From NCBI RefSeq assembly GCF_001194135.2, contig NC_068996.1, forward strand, positions 50,017,505 through 50,081,504: a stretch of DNA of 64,000 nucleotides. Reading direction: 5' to 3'. The stretch is from Octopus bimaculoides (lineage: Eukaryota). The notes beneath the pieces are model-generated. The model was not told the DNA's origin. It ran no database searches and was given only the letters and a program-made list of their open reading frames with translations. The translations under genes and the position numbers were made by a program. Shown one piece after another: positions 35,379-48,875 of this stretch. How positions within the stretch are numbered: the stretch's first letter is position 1; each line of letters starts with the position of its first letter.

Positions 35379-36989
35379 ATATATATCCTTCTAATATCAA
35401 CAGAACCTACTGTACATAGATTTTTCCTTATGTCAATATATTACATGCATAGGATGGCAAGCTGGCAGAATCGTTACCGTGCTGGGCAAAATGCTTTGAG
35501 GCATTTCGTCCAACTTCGAGTTCAAATTCTGCCAAGGTCAACTTTGTCTTTCATCCTTTTCAGGAATCAATAAAATAAGTATAAGTTGAGCAGGAGTGGG
35601 GGTGGGGTGGATTTAATCGACTTAACCTCCTCCCCTAAAATTGCTGGCTTTGTCTCAAAATTTGAAACCAATGTATTACATCCATGCACACACATTTACC
35701 TACACACATACATGCACGCATGCACACAAACCCGTTACAGTCATTAATATGCAAAGGCTTATGTGGTACAAAAAGTTGTTTTGTTTTTTTTTTCCTTCCT
35801 CCTCTCTCTGCCATTATGCATCTCGTATATTTTCATTTGACTCTCAGACTCTGAAGCACATAGGTACAAGTTACTATCAAAAAGAAAAAAAAAAAAAGAA
35901 ACATTACTTTTTTTTTTTTAACATCCTGTCTAGGTTGAGTTAACCTAACAGAAGAATGCAAGCATTTTTACTTGACCAAAATAGAAGGGAAGGTAAATGG
36001 TGTCCATCTGTCCACCTGAATAATTCACAATCACCCGTCCTTTGCTTTACACACACACACATCAGTGTCAGTCTGGACACTGCTATACATTTTCAAAATA
36101 CAAATTTACTTGTGAGTAGGATTTTTTCCCTCAATCATAAGAACCATTGGTTTTTTTTTTAACTATACCAATTCTATACAAAGAGAATTGTAAGTCTCAA
36201 AGCCATATAGAGTAAAATGCTTTACCCAAGGCCAGATGAAAACCCTTCACCCTAATGTATTTTTATCCTGCTCAGACAAGGTAAAAAAAACAAAACAAAA
36301 AAAAAAAAACATGTACAACCAAACACAACTATTATTCATAACATTCATCACAAAATAATGCTCAAAGTTTTCAAGAATATTTTCAATATAAGTTTAGAAA
36401 AAGAAACTGCAATTAAATCTTATGAAAAAAAACAATGATTGTCAAATACTTACAAAAAAAAAAAATTTCCCTCAAGAAAAGATAGTATACTTTTTGCTAA
36501 TCAAAACCACATGTGCATGAATGTGTGAAGATAAATTTAAGAGGAAGTTGATGATTATTATGTATACATACATATACACACACATATGTATATACACACA
36601 TATGTATATACATACATATATATATATACATATACAAATATTTACATGAAGTTAAATATATATATATGGTCATAGAGTGATCAATGTTTTTGCATCCACA
36701 AAGTGCTTAGCTTTACAGAAGATACATTAGACTCTAATGACCTCACTTATATGCCCATGGCCATTGGAGTCTGATGCATTGTCTATAAAGCGCTTTATGG
36801 GTGCGAAACCATTGGTCATTATGACTGGATATATATTTAACTTCATGTAACTACATTACTGCTCTAACTTTTAGAGCGTGCTTCTTTTTCTGTTATATGA
36901 TTAACTGAGAATATTTAACGTCCGCTTTCCATGCTAGCATGGGTTGGATATATATATATGTATATATATATGTGTGTGTATGTATGTGC

Positions 36990-37020
<31 letters not shown>

Positions 37021-37035
37021 NNNNNNNNNNTATAT

Positions 37036-37066
<31 letters not shown>

Positions 37067-37205
37067 CACACACACAAACAAGGTGTGGGGATGTGTATGC
37101 ATTTGTGTCAATGATAACAAGTTGTGTTTGCACACACGTGTCATGAGCTGCCTTATATTTTTAAATTTAAAAAAAAAAAATTTTTTTTTGTTTTTTTTGA
37201 TAGTT

Positions 37206-37415
37206 TCAAAGTTTCCATGGTAACGTCCTGATTTGTTGTAGACCAGTGTTCTCTTCCTCAGTGGAAGAGTTCCTAGCAGACACCATAGCTGCGGCAGCTT
37301 GAGTTGTTCCAGCAGCAGATGCATCGGACGCAGCAACTTTTTCAGCAAGTTCAGCAAATTTGCTCACATAGTCCATACTGTTTTCATTCATAATCATCTG
37401 TAACGTGGTATCCAA
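37206..37415 (-). CDS. CRAMP1: CRAMP1 homologue terminal coding exon
   Basis: atcttacAG acceptor; LDTTLQMIMNENSMDYVSKFAELAEKV...PWKL*, matching the conserved Cramped C-terminal motif (human VDSQLVCMMNENSIDYISRFNDLAQEL, from memory); TGA at 37208-37206. Confidence 0.95.
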   Translation of the reverse strand: MDTTLQMIMNENSMDYVSKFAELAEKVAASDASAAGTTQAAAAMVSARNSSTEEENTGLQQIRTLPWKL

Positions 37416-39424
37416 CTGTAAGATATTAAATATAACATACAACATAAATAAATGTGAGAGAATATGAAATGGAAATCTAATCTGGTGGGGAGAAGTCTAC
37501 AATTTTTAGCTCATAATCCTACATCTCTTTAGTTGAGTTGGAGTGGGGGCGCTTTGTATTGTGAGTTACTTGGTGATCTTGGCAACTAAATTTGACGACT
37601 GGCACCCATGCCGACATTGTCTCCTTCATTGGACACGAAACTTAGCTTGCGAAGACCTGTTGGGGCAAGCGAAAGCGAAATCGTGATGGCACCTGTACCC
37701 AGCATCGCCTTCCTGGCACGTGTAAAGACATTTGAGCGAGATCATTGCCAGTACCGCTGGACTGGCTCCTGTGCAGGTGGCACATAAAATACACCATTTT
37801 GAGCGTGGCCGTTGCCAGTACCGCCTGACTGGCCCTCGTGCTGGTGACACGTAAAAGCACCCACTACACTCTCGGAGTGGTTGGCATTAGGAAGGGCATC
37901 CAGCTGTAGAAACTCTGCCAAATCAGATTGGAGCTTGGTGTAGCCTTCTGGTTCACCAGTCCTCAGTCAAATCGTCCAACCCATGCTAGCATGGAAAGCG
38001 GACGTTAAACGATGATGATGAATAAACCCCATTCACAAACATACAATCATCAACATAATTATATAACCACTAACTGAAAACTTAAACTCACTGCCATTCA
38101 ACAATACTCTAGCCAAAATTACTGGACCTGAAATAGGAGCCTCCACACTTTGTGAAATGGTTGGCATTTAAAAGAGCACCCAGTACACTCTGTAAAAGTG
38201 GTTGGCCTAAGGAAAAGAACCCAGCTGTAGAAGCCATAGGCATGCTCCTCTGGCTCATCAGTTCCTGTTGAACCACTCAATGCATGGAAAACAGATGTTA
38301 AATAATGATGATGAAGAAGATTTTAAGAATTCTACATCCACGACTAATGAATAGTTTGGAGGATAAAATGACTACTGTTTTAACTTATATTACTATAATT
38401 TTCACAATTAAGAAATATATCCACTTCCTGGTTGATGAAAGACTTCACCTCTGATATACAAAGCTGCTGAAATACTTATTAATTACACATTTAGAGCAGT
38501 GAAGTTCCCCTATATAACCCTTTTGTTAACATATTTCTCCTGAATTATACATCATTATTAAGCTGGTGTTTGGAATGTAAATAAACACAAAATTTTGATG
38601 GCTATTCTAAGTCAACTACAGTCTGTGTCCTCATTTCATTTGGTCCATCATTACTAAAGCAAAAACTTTTTGTTTTCCTCACCAATCTTTGGTTGACAAA
38701 CTAATAAAATTCACTATCGAAAATGTCTCAGTAAAAGTCTATTTTTTTTGTAGCGGCATCAATTGAATTAATTTTTTATGGCTTCGTGTTTAAGAAGTTC
38801 CACTTCCCAAATATGTAGTTAGAGCTTCAGTCCCATTGTGTGGTATCAGAGCTTTGTGAGTGGATTAGATGGAAATTAAAAAAAGCTGCTGTGCATGCGT
38901 GTGTCTGGGACCACTTGTCATAACATTGTGTGATGACTGTAAACGAGGACCACAGTCAAAGAAGTGGTGTTGTTCGTTTCTAATTTTCTTTGGAAACAGC
39001 TGACCATGGGGAAATATTACCTTCGTTGGAAGCAGGTGCAAAAGGCTCTTGATTGTAGAAAATTTGCTCCAACAAGTGCTGTTTGGCCCATGGAAACACG
39101 GAAAAAAGGACATTAAAAGCAGCAGTAACTGGCAGCAATCATGATAAAGTTAATCAGTAATTCAGATATTCAGTTTCAATATTTAAGTTGCTCAATCTCC
39201 CACTGACTTGGATAAGCTCATCCTTCAATCAATGTAGAGTAGAGGCAAGAAGTGAAACGACCAAGTTCACAAAATATTAGATTAACAGCTTAAAAACCAG
39301 TTTGAAATTCAACACAAGTATTTTGTTGCTGTCTTGCTGTCAGAAAACATTATTTGTTAAATGCACAGACTCCCTCAAATGCTTAGGGGTGGGGTGGAGG
39401 ATCGTTAGATGTTGTAGTTAGCTT

Positions 39425-40190
39425 TTGTTATCTAGAAGACCAAGTTAGCAGTGGTGGAGGAAGTTCTGAAAGTGTATTTGCTAGAATAAGAACAGGCTGG
39501 GCAAAATTCAGAGAGTTTCTATCTTTGTTGGTAACTAAGAGTTTCTCCCTCAAAGTGAAAGGCAGGTTGTATGATGCCTGTGTATATGAAGCTATGTTAC
39601 ATGGCAGTGAAACATGGGCTTTGACTACAGAGGACTTGTGAAGGATTGAAAGAAATGAATTTAGCATGCTCTTCTGGATGGGTAATATCAGTGTGCACAC
39701 ACAACAGAGTGTAAATGATTTAAGAGGAAAACTGGATATAAGAGGCATCAGGTGATGTGTGCAAGAGAGAAGACTGTGCTGGTTTAGCCATGTGATGCAT
39801 ATGGATGAGGACAGCTATGTAAAGAAGTACCGAGTTCTAATTGTGGAGGGTACCTGTGGAAGGGGTAGAACCAGATAAACATAGGACAAAGTAGTGAAAA
39901 AGGATCTTCAGATGCTAGGCCTTGCTGAGAAAATGACAAGGGATTTGGAAATGTGGTGATCTGCTGTACTTGACAAGACACGTCAAGCTAAGTGAAATCG
40001 CTGTCTTCCACACATACGGGCTTGTCCTTTGCAGGTGCCAGTGCTACATAAAAAAGCACACTTTGTTAAGTGGTTGGCATCAGGAAGAGCATCCAGTCAT
40101 AGAAACCATGTCACAACAGACAATTGGTGTTTGAACAGCTCCATGTCAAACCATTCAACCCTTGCCAGCATGGAAAGTTGACGTTCAAAC
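39425..40190 (+). mobile_element. 5'-truncated RTE LINE (ORF2 C-terminus plus 3' tail)
   Basis: RIRTGWAKFREF, KGRLYDACV, LHGSETWAL and RLCWFSHV-like remnants, followed by a 'ggttggcatcaggaagagcatccag...gcatggaaagttgacgtt' tail. Confidence 0.9.
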
Positions 40191-40858
40191 TAGTAGATTC
40201 TCCTCTTATTTACCCCAAACACTTTTAATTAGAAGCTAATGATTGTTGTTGTTCAGCCCCAGGTCAATCCTGATCAAACCAAAGGCCCCAGGTTCAAACA
40301 TGTTCCAGTTCAGTTACATTATGCAATATGTCATTCAAAATTTAAAACCCAGCTGGATATGATTTGAGGAAGATTTGGCTGTTATTCCTCATGTGTCAAA
40401 CAACTGCTTAGAAGCTCTCTTCAATAAGCCAATTTGCAATTCTCCAAGGCATGAGAAGCTCCAGCAAATTTCCCAATTTCATTGTCAAGCAGAATCACAT
40501 GCTTAATACATACTAGTGTGGTCCATTCATTAAATGAAAAAAAGAAACCCCTATTGTCATTAATAAAGGCATTAATTCCTTTAAACCTTTTTCCTATTTC
40601 TCTTAACAAAAATAAAAATTAATTTCTAATTAATTGGCAAAAAAAAGAAAAAAAAAAGAAAGAAAGGTTTAAAGCAACATTCTTCTTAATGTCTATTTGC
40701 AAGAACGAAATAGCACATCTCCAATGTAAATATATTTTAATTCGATCTATGCATCTTTCTACTGCTTTCTTCTGCAATTCTGTTTCTTGTGTTTTCATAA
40801 TAGGAGTAAAAAAAAAAAAAAGAGAGAGAGAGAGAGATAGATAGATAAAGATACTTAC

Positions 40859-41032
40859 ATCCATTCTTGATGTTGAAGAATCTCGAGACCAATCATTGAA
40901 CAAACTATTAAGTGTAAGGTTGCTGTTGCTGTTGCTGGTGGTGCTTACAGTGTTATTTGGCAAAGTTTCAGAAGTAGAAACCCTCTTAATCGGTGAGTCA
41001 TTCAGAAGGCTGCCAAGAGAGAGATCACTCAT
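40859..41032 (-). CDS. CRAMP1: CRAMP1 homologue penultimate exon
   Basis: tctcttttCAG acceptor, GAT|gtaagt donor; 174 nt; MSDLSLGSLLNDSP...SLFNDWSRDSSTSRMD resembles human DSSLSSLF...SLLDGNSRDS. Confidence 0.92.
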
Positions 41033-43492
41033 CTGAAAAGAGATAAAATGAAAACCACATTAAGGAAGGTTTTATTGCAAACATGAGACAAATTTACAAG
41101 CATAATAAAAGTATTTAAAACAGAAGAGAACAACAGATTTATTAATGCATGGTTTGTTTATGTTAAATGTAACCGACCAAGCTTCTTCTCAATTTTGTGA
41201 AAGAAAAAAATCCAATTAAATTACAGGTGAACATGTCCTTTGATTGATAACTTAATTAGTACAATATTTCTTATAATACTCCATGTAGAACCTTGAAAGA
41301 AATATCAGACAATACTTTGAATTCCATTTTACAAAATGGCAACATGCTTTGCATAAAACCATAACACATTATTGAAAACAAAAAAAAAAGAAGTTATGCT
41401 TTCTTTCAATATATCAAATAAAAAACAATGAAACTAATTTTAATCCTTTGCCTGTCCAAAGCATTTTTAATAAGTTTGTCCTTAAATGTCTATAGTTGTT
41501 TTCAGACTTTTAGTTAGCCCTATGTTCTAATAAAGCTTTCCATTCATAAGTCCCAAGTAACCCTTATGGTTGAAAAAAAATTAGGAATGTGTATCATATA
41601 TGATGCAGAGATTCAACAGGACAGACAATGGGTTAAATCATTCATTCTGCAGCACACAATTTTGTCAGTGAACAGGTCGCGGTTTCAAAGCGACGAAAAT
41701 ATTTTGACAAATTAAATTTAAATGTTGAAGTGAATCTAACGGTTTTTGTGTGTTATTTTAAATGGTTTATAAACACCTTCCATGCTGCAATTGTATTCAT
41801 AAAATTTTCTTGAAATTCTTTTTTTTTTGTTTATTACTTTCACACCAGGTTAGCAACACAAAGAAAAAAATGAGAAAATGGAAAGAAAAAAAAAAAAAAA
41901 AAAAAAAAAAAGTGAAGTCAAGACAAGAAATTAATAAATAAACAAAATAGTTACACACACTTTTTCATACCATGGAACATAAATATTCCCTTTCAAAACA
42001 AATTAAAATTCTACAGAAATCAAATTATCATCACTTCAGAGTTGATTAAAAAATGTTGGTAATATGTAGAGGGGATTTCTATCTTAAACTGATCTAAATT
42101 ATTATAAACTTCCAACAAAATTTATGTTCCAAACACCTGTTAAATAATGGCAGTTATTTTATTAAGTTGTTCTTCATTTTCAAAATTAATTGAAACGGTG
42201 GCAGTATATATTTAGAAATAATATGGGTCATAATAACCTATATTAAAAAAATTGTTGGTTATAAGTCATTCTCCCCCTTTTATATGTTGAGTCTTAAGAA
42301 AGAGTGCCGACGGCCTTTGCAGGCCCTCTTAGACTTGTGAGACTGATGCCATTAACCTTCTGAAACCTTTGTAAGTCAACACCAGTGGGAAAGACATGAA
42401 GAGAAGGAGATTTCTACAGCACCAATATTTTGGGAAGGAAAGACTAAGCAAGAGTAATTTCACGCATTATTAGTTTGAAAGTACTCGCTGATGAAATCCC
42501 TAAATTCTAACAGGAAAAAAAAAAAAACAATCCATGCCAATTTAATGCTGAAGACCAAAGTAGTAATTGTTGTTATGTCTTTTAAAGATATGCAGAAACA
42601 GTGACTTGTAATAAACTCAGGAAAAAAGTCACAATTAATTTATGGGATCCAGACAAAAACCCCTCAGGCCCTGCCACAGTCCAATGACTGAAACAAGTAA
42701 AAGAATAAATATATAATGTATATAAGTTTAGCACAAATAACACCAGTTAAAACAAAACTGAGGTCGAGTCAAGATGGTAACTGATAATATGATGGCCACA
42801 TTATCAGTTGATATTTTGGTGCTATCATTAACAGAAAAGTAACTTCCTACATGTGATGAAACAATATAAAAACCTTGATGGGACTGGTTAGTCCACATTA
42901 CTCCATAAGGAGCATACAGTCAGTTTGCCCAGTTTCTCTGGTGTATACAAATTCCTCCCTGGATGGAATGCTTGTCTGTGCAGGATCACTCATTTTTGCC
43001 AGCTGAGTGGACTGGAGCAACACGAAATGAAGTGTTTTGCTCAAGAACACAATGCCTTGCCCTGTCCAGGAATTGAAACCGCAATCTAATGATCATGAGT
43101 TCAACACTCTAACCACTGAGCAATGCGCCTCTACTCAATGGGATTGCTTAACCAGAAATAGTACCCAAATCACACACTACTATCTTAGAAAAAAAAAAAA
43201 AAGAAGACAAGAGCTGGAATCCCTTTGGATATAAGTTTTGCTTAATCAAGATTGAACTGAGTGAAATAATAAATTCTTTTAATGTTATTTTTAAATGGCA
43301 TTCATTTATGATCCTTAATCCAATACATTTCTTTTTTATTTTAAATATCTTTTGTAACTGTAAAAGAAAAATCATGTTTTGAAATAATTTATGATCAAAT
43401 AAACAATTTTGAATTTGAATATGTATGAATGAAAAACTATTTGAAAAAGAATAATTTCAAACCCTCATCATCAATATAATAAAATGTCTTAC

Positions 43493-43638
43493 TTCTCCAA
43501 GAATCCAGTTATTATCTGAGTTGAACTTAAAGGGACTGTAATAAGGACTAGTCTGGCTCCTAAATTCTGTACTCAAAGGAGGTGTAGTCAAACCACTGTC
43601 AGTGGTTGGCGCTTTTGCCTCAGAACCTTCTAGCATGG
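43493..43638 (-). CDS. CRAMP1: CRAMP1 homologue internal exon
   Basis: ttattttacAG acceptor, GAA|gtaaga donor; 146 nt, phase 1-0; (S)MLEGSEAKAPTTDSGLTTPPLSTEFRSQTSPYYSPFKFNSDNNWILGE. Confidence 0.9.
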
Positions 43639-44776
43639 CTGTAAAATAAGTTACAATTGATGTCATTATACAAATTTCTTATCAAAAACAAAGAATTATT
43701 TGGCAATATCAGTTACATTATGACAAAATTTGTGGTAAGAAACTCTAAAGAGAGCTGAACAGCAAAAGGTCTTCAGAGAAGAAACCCCACTCAAGCAAAT
43801 GTCTCAGACCTTAAAGTTTTCTAAGGGGGCTGAGCCACATCCAGGTCATGACCCCTGGGTGTTCTTCTGCTGATACTTTAAACCACGTGGATATTGGAAA
43901 CTTGTGCATTTAAACCAAATTTAAGACAAATGTCTACAAAAGGTTTAAGATTTTTTGTAGGTGTAGCTGTGTGGTTAAGAAATTCACTTTGCAGTCAGAT
44001 GGTTTTAGGTTCAATCCCACTGACCAGCACCTTCAAAATGTCTGTTCTTCTATAGCCCTAGGCTTACCAATGTCTTGTGAATGATCTTGGTAGATGGAAA
44101 CTGTATTATATATATAATTTTTAATAACAGTTTGACTCAACTCCATATGGCTTAAAAAGTTTCGGATCAGTTGACAGGAGATATCTTCTGATGAGATGGA
44201 TGCATACTACGCTCTCACAGAAATTGTTGATATATATATATATATATATGAATGAGAAAAAGAAGAAAATGGAGAAATTGACATGGAGACATCAGTTTAT
44301 TCAAGGACATTCAAATCCAGATAATGAAATTCCAGTCCTACAGCTGTTTCCATATCCAATTAGTTCAATTACAGAAATTAAATTAATTTAAATTTTCATA
44401 TTGAAACTGGTTAATTTAATCAGGGAAGAATGTCCCAAAAAGGGAGTTACATTTCAACATGTTGATTGATGTACATACAGATGTTTGTGTTGTTAAAAAA
44501 ACAAACAAAAAAAAACAGCATCAACAAAAAACCCGGTATTTTCATATATATACATATAAACAAATATGTTTGATATATTTGTGGTCATGCATATGTAATA
44601 CATAATGGCTTTTATTGGTGGTGGTGTGGTAGTTAGATGAAATAGATGTTATAGGGAGAGAGAGAGAAAGACAAAGTCAACTTGTGTAGAATTTGAACTC
44701 AGAATGTAAATATTGATGCTCTTATAATTCTGACCACAATAATGTCAATGCCAACATTAAGAACAATAATACTTAC

Positions 44777-44909
44777 ACATAGAAACGTCAGATAAAGAAA
44801 TATCAAACAGTGTAGAAATATTCGGAGGAGAAGAACCTAATTTGGTCCCCGATGAAGAAGTGGTTGCAGAGGTATCTGTTGTAGTTGAACTGGTATTCAT
44901 CAGTGAAAT
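44777..44909 (-). CDS. CRAMP1: CRAMP1 homologue internal exon
   Basis: ttctctgtacAG acceptor, T|gtaagt donor; 133 nt; LGSSPPNISTLFDISLSDVS resembles human LSPPDVSALLDISL. Confidence 0.92.
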
Positions 44910-45432
44910 CTGTACAGAGAAATATAAAAGAAACTCAGAATGTAATTTCATAAATTCTGCATTTTTACTCAAAGAGGATCAGATCAGAGTCTGGTGCAGC
45001 CTCCAGGCTTGCCAGTCCTCAGTCAAGCCGCATGGAAAGCAGCTTTAGAAGAAGATGAGAGGAAGAGGAGGAGGACTCATTATGGCACATGCTTTAAGAT
45101 GTTTCCATACTTTGGGATAAATCCCAGTAGAAGTACAAAAAGTGAAGAACTCAATGAGAATAGCAGCTAGCTCTAAGATACATTACCTGAGACTAACTTT
45201 ACTAACATCTTCAACTCCAGCAAATAGTGGTGGTGCTAAAGTGAACAGAAAAGTGGGGTTCTTCCGGTTTTTTTTTATAGGTAGAAAAGAAAGAATTTAG
45301 GAGTTTTGTTGATGTGCGAAACTGAAGACAAAACAACTCCATCAAGAGTGTTACTTTATTATTTCTTTTATTTTCAGTAGGAAAGAGCAATGCTCTGGGT
45401 TTTTGCAGGCCCTCTAAGACCAGGAAGATCAA

Positions 45433-45712
45433 TCATCATCATCATCATCATCATCGTTTAACGTCCGCTTTCCATGGGTTGGACGATTTGACTGAGGACT
45501 GGCAAGCCAGAAGGCTACACCAGGCTCCAATCTGATTTGGCAGAGTTTCTACAGCTGGATGCCCTTCCTAACGTCAACCACTCCAAGAGTGTAGTGGGTG
45601 CTTTTACGTGCCAGTCAGGCGGTCTGGCAACGGCCATACTCAAAAAGGTGTTTTTTATGTGCCACTTGCACGGGAACCAGTCCAGTGGCACTGGCAATGA
45701 CCTCGCTCAATG
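45433..45712 (-). mobile_element. Family C retroposon, opposite orientation (also about 25992-26440, 57483-57722, 63424-63665)
   Basis: (CAT)n-cgtttaacgtccgctttccatg...ctggatgcccttcctaacg, the reverse complement of the + copies. Confidence 0.88.
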
Positions 45713-48700
45713 GCTTTAAAAAAATGGCTTTTGGAGTGGGTTGGGGTAAAAGAGAAAACAATGGCTCATTATTGTAACTAACCCCTACAAATAACTTTTG
45801 TGATGCCCATTCTCAGCAAGGTCCTTGCTTTTGTCTAATCTGAGGTCAACTTTGAATGATTAGACTCCGCTGACCACAATGTTCTAAGTATTACCCTCAA
45901 GTCTTATTTTTAGACACTGTATCAAAATTTATTTAAACTGTATCCTTTCCTTTTTTAAAATGGTGAGGGTGTAATTTGAGTGAGCATGCTAGCAAGTGAG
46001 GTACCTGTATTGCACCATTAAAAGCCCTTTCTTAATCACAGTGGGCTTCTGCCAAGAAACATTTTCTCTCTAGAGCCCCTAACAGACACTGGAACTATGC
46101 AAGGAAAGTGCAACAAGAAGCAGCACTTGAAGAGACAATGCTCTTTTCAAATTCTGGGTGTTCATGTTTTTGGAATGGAATTAAACCTATTAAAAATATC
46201 AAAATTTATTTTTCTTTCAAACAGTTTTTTTAGTACTTTATATTTTCCTTTTTATTTCAGTCACTCCTTTAATATCCATGATTAATCTCCGAAAGAGAAA
46301 GAGAGAGAGACAATAAACTGAAATTAGTTGCTTTCATAATACTCATTGTCATCAACATAACCCAGAATATATATACAAAGCATCGATTTGATTCTCATAC
46401 AAACACTGACATGGTTGCGTGATTAAAACTTTTCTACAACAGCCTCGGTTTTACAAAAGCCCAGTGATTGAAATTTAATAGCTGGAAACCATCTAAAGGA
46501 ATTTTTGCTTTTAGAGGGTAGACTTTTTCTTGTTCATTTTAACACCACCATCTAACCCTCGAGTGCCTTCAGCAGCATTCACTGTTATAAGGGTTACATA
46601 TAAATTCCAACTTTTTCCGATATTGATGGGGACACCGTGAGTAGTCATAATCACTAAAAGTCAATTCAAAAGGTAGCTTGAACTTGAAATATAATGAGAC
46701 AAAAATAAATACCTTACTGTTCAGAATATTATTAAAATTTAGAAAATATGTTACCGTGACCTATTTAATGCGCATTAACAGGAACATAAGAAATATTTTG
46801 TTTGGACCAATATTGAACTAAACTCAGGTAAAGAGGACCTATTTTGTGGCTATCTTGTGAAAATAGTTGAAAATGGCTCTTAGTAAATTATATGGTCGAT
46901 CATAGATTTCTCTGTGTAAACCATTACAAACAGAAAAATTTAATCCATGGACTACAAAACCATCCAACAGATCCATATTTATTTGTTCAGGTTCATCCCA
47001 TACCAGCAAAAAAAATATATATATATATACACACACAAGCCAATGAACGAGCTTCTATTTGACTTACTAGAAATAGCAGCCAAACTTCCGTAACATCCCA
47101 ACTCTTATCATTAAAAAAAAAAAAAAAAAAAGAATAGTTATAAATAAAAATGTCTTTGATCACAGTTTTGATCAATCAGAGTTGACTAGAGTGGAATGGA
47201 GAGAATCTTAGCTAATTTTTTGCTTCGCGACACACTCACATAACATTAAGCTAAAATATGAATACTCTTTAACTGTTAACATGAATATTTTCCCCTTCGC
47301 TTGTATAGGATGAACCAGGGCCAGAACAAATAAATGAGCCAAAAAATGCAGACCATTACTAGTTACCTTGAATTCCTGATATTATTTTATTTTGAATTTA
47401 AGGTTAGTGTCTCTGTTAATATCAGTTTTAAGCTAATCATCTTAATCAGTTTTACTTCTGGTTTGCCACTGAACACTAGCTAATAATACTTCTCAATAAT
47501 TCCCGGTCATTTATTCCAATTAAATTGTTTCATTTTTATGTCTTTTAATCTATGCAAGCATGAGTGAGAAGAGTATTTCTCAACCATTTTTTGGGCCCCT
47601 GCCCACTTCAGTTTGTCCAAGAAACATGCATCTCACCATGAGCAGATGGAATTTATACACACATACACACACACATATTCCATACTGGCATGAATTAAAT
47701 GGTTTGACAGAATCTGAATGTCCAAAACCTGCATTGTGCACCAAAGCAAGTTTTGGTTTTTACAACTGGATGCACTTCCTAATGCCAACCTCTGAGTGCC
47801 TTTTTTTTTTTTGTACCATCAGCAGTAGTGAAGTTACCATGTAAGGAGATAGGGGGGGAGGGGGTAAAGTATGAGAGAAGGCATCTAAGCAGAACAGGTT
47901 TTAGGAAATAGGAAGGTGCTGAGGTGTATGTGTGGGCACTCAAAGGTAATGAGGTGAAAAGAAGTGAATGCGGGGAGAAGAACCAGGAATACAAGTGGGT
48001 AGAGGATGCAAGAGTGTATGGGGGGTAGCGAGGGCAGGGGAATGGGCGATGGGGGTGGAGTGAATTTAATGAATGAAAAAGTGCTATTCAAAAGGAATGC
48101 TGTGATCTTATATGCTAAAGAAACTGGTTAATTGATCCTATGTCCCCTGGGACCCAAGACCTTAACGCCCGGCGGTACTATTATCTGACTGTTTCATTCT
48201 TGGTCTATTCCTAGGTCTCTTGCCACATGTAGGAATAGATTCCTCAGGCATCTCTTTCAAAGGGTCCTATCAGAAAAAAAACCATCATTACACTTTCTAA
48301 CTGGATTCCCAACTGAGACCATGGGTATTATCCAACCATTTCATTCTTGATCTACTCTTATGTCCCCCCACAATGTGCCAATTTTCATGTTTGCACCTTT
48401 TTTTTTTTTTTCAAAAGAAAAGATAACTTACCAAAGCGGGTGCCTCTAAGTGATCACTCACACTACTAAAAATAACAGAGAAACCTCCCTCAAACAACAC
48501 GCTATGCTTTAAAGAAGGATTCATTGGACAGTGTAGTTCTACATATACAAAAAAATATGGAAAAATTACATGATGGTCAAGGTCGGAAGGTTTTTGCTCA
48601 TAAATCCTCACAATCAGAGCCTATATGAGGAACAACAACAACAACAATAGAAACAAAATTAAATTAATGAACGGAATGCCTGGTTATAAGACATCCAGAG

Positions 48701-48744
48701 GAACATTCTGAAAAAGAATAAAAGATTATGTCATAAACTGTTAC

Positions 48745-48875
48745 CATTTCTTGAGGAGTGGTTGAAATTTGAGATGGAACTTCCACTGAAGTAGGTACAC
48801 CAACTGGTAACTTCACTGATAAAGAATTGGTATTAACTGCTAATGTTGAAGAATTTGACAAACCAGTAGTTATTG
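48745..48875 (-). CDS. CRAMP1: CRAMP1 homologue internal exon (S/T/P-rich)
   Basis: ttttttcCAG acceptor, ATG|gtaaca donor; 131 nt, phase 1-0, which bridges the exons on either side; (A)ITTGLSNSSTLAVNTNSLSVKLPVGVPTSVEVPSQISTTPQEM. Confidence 0.82.
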
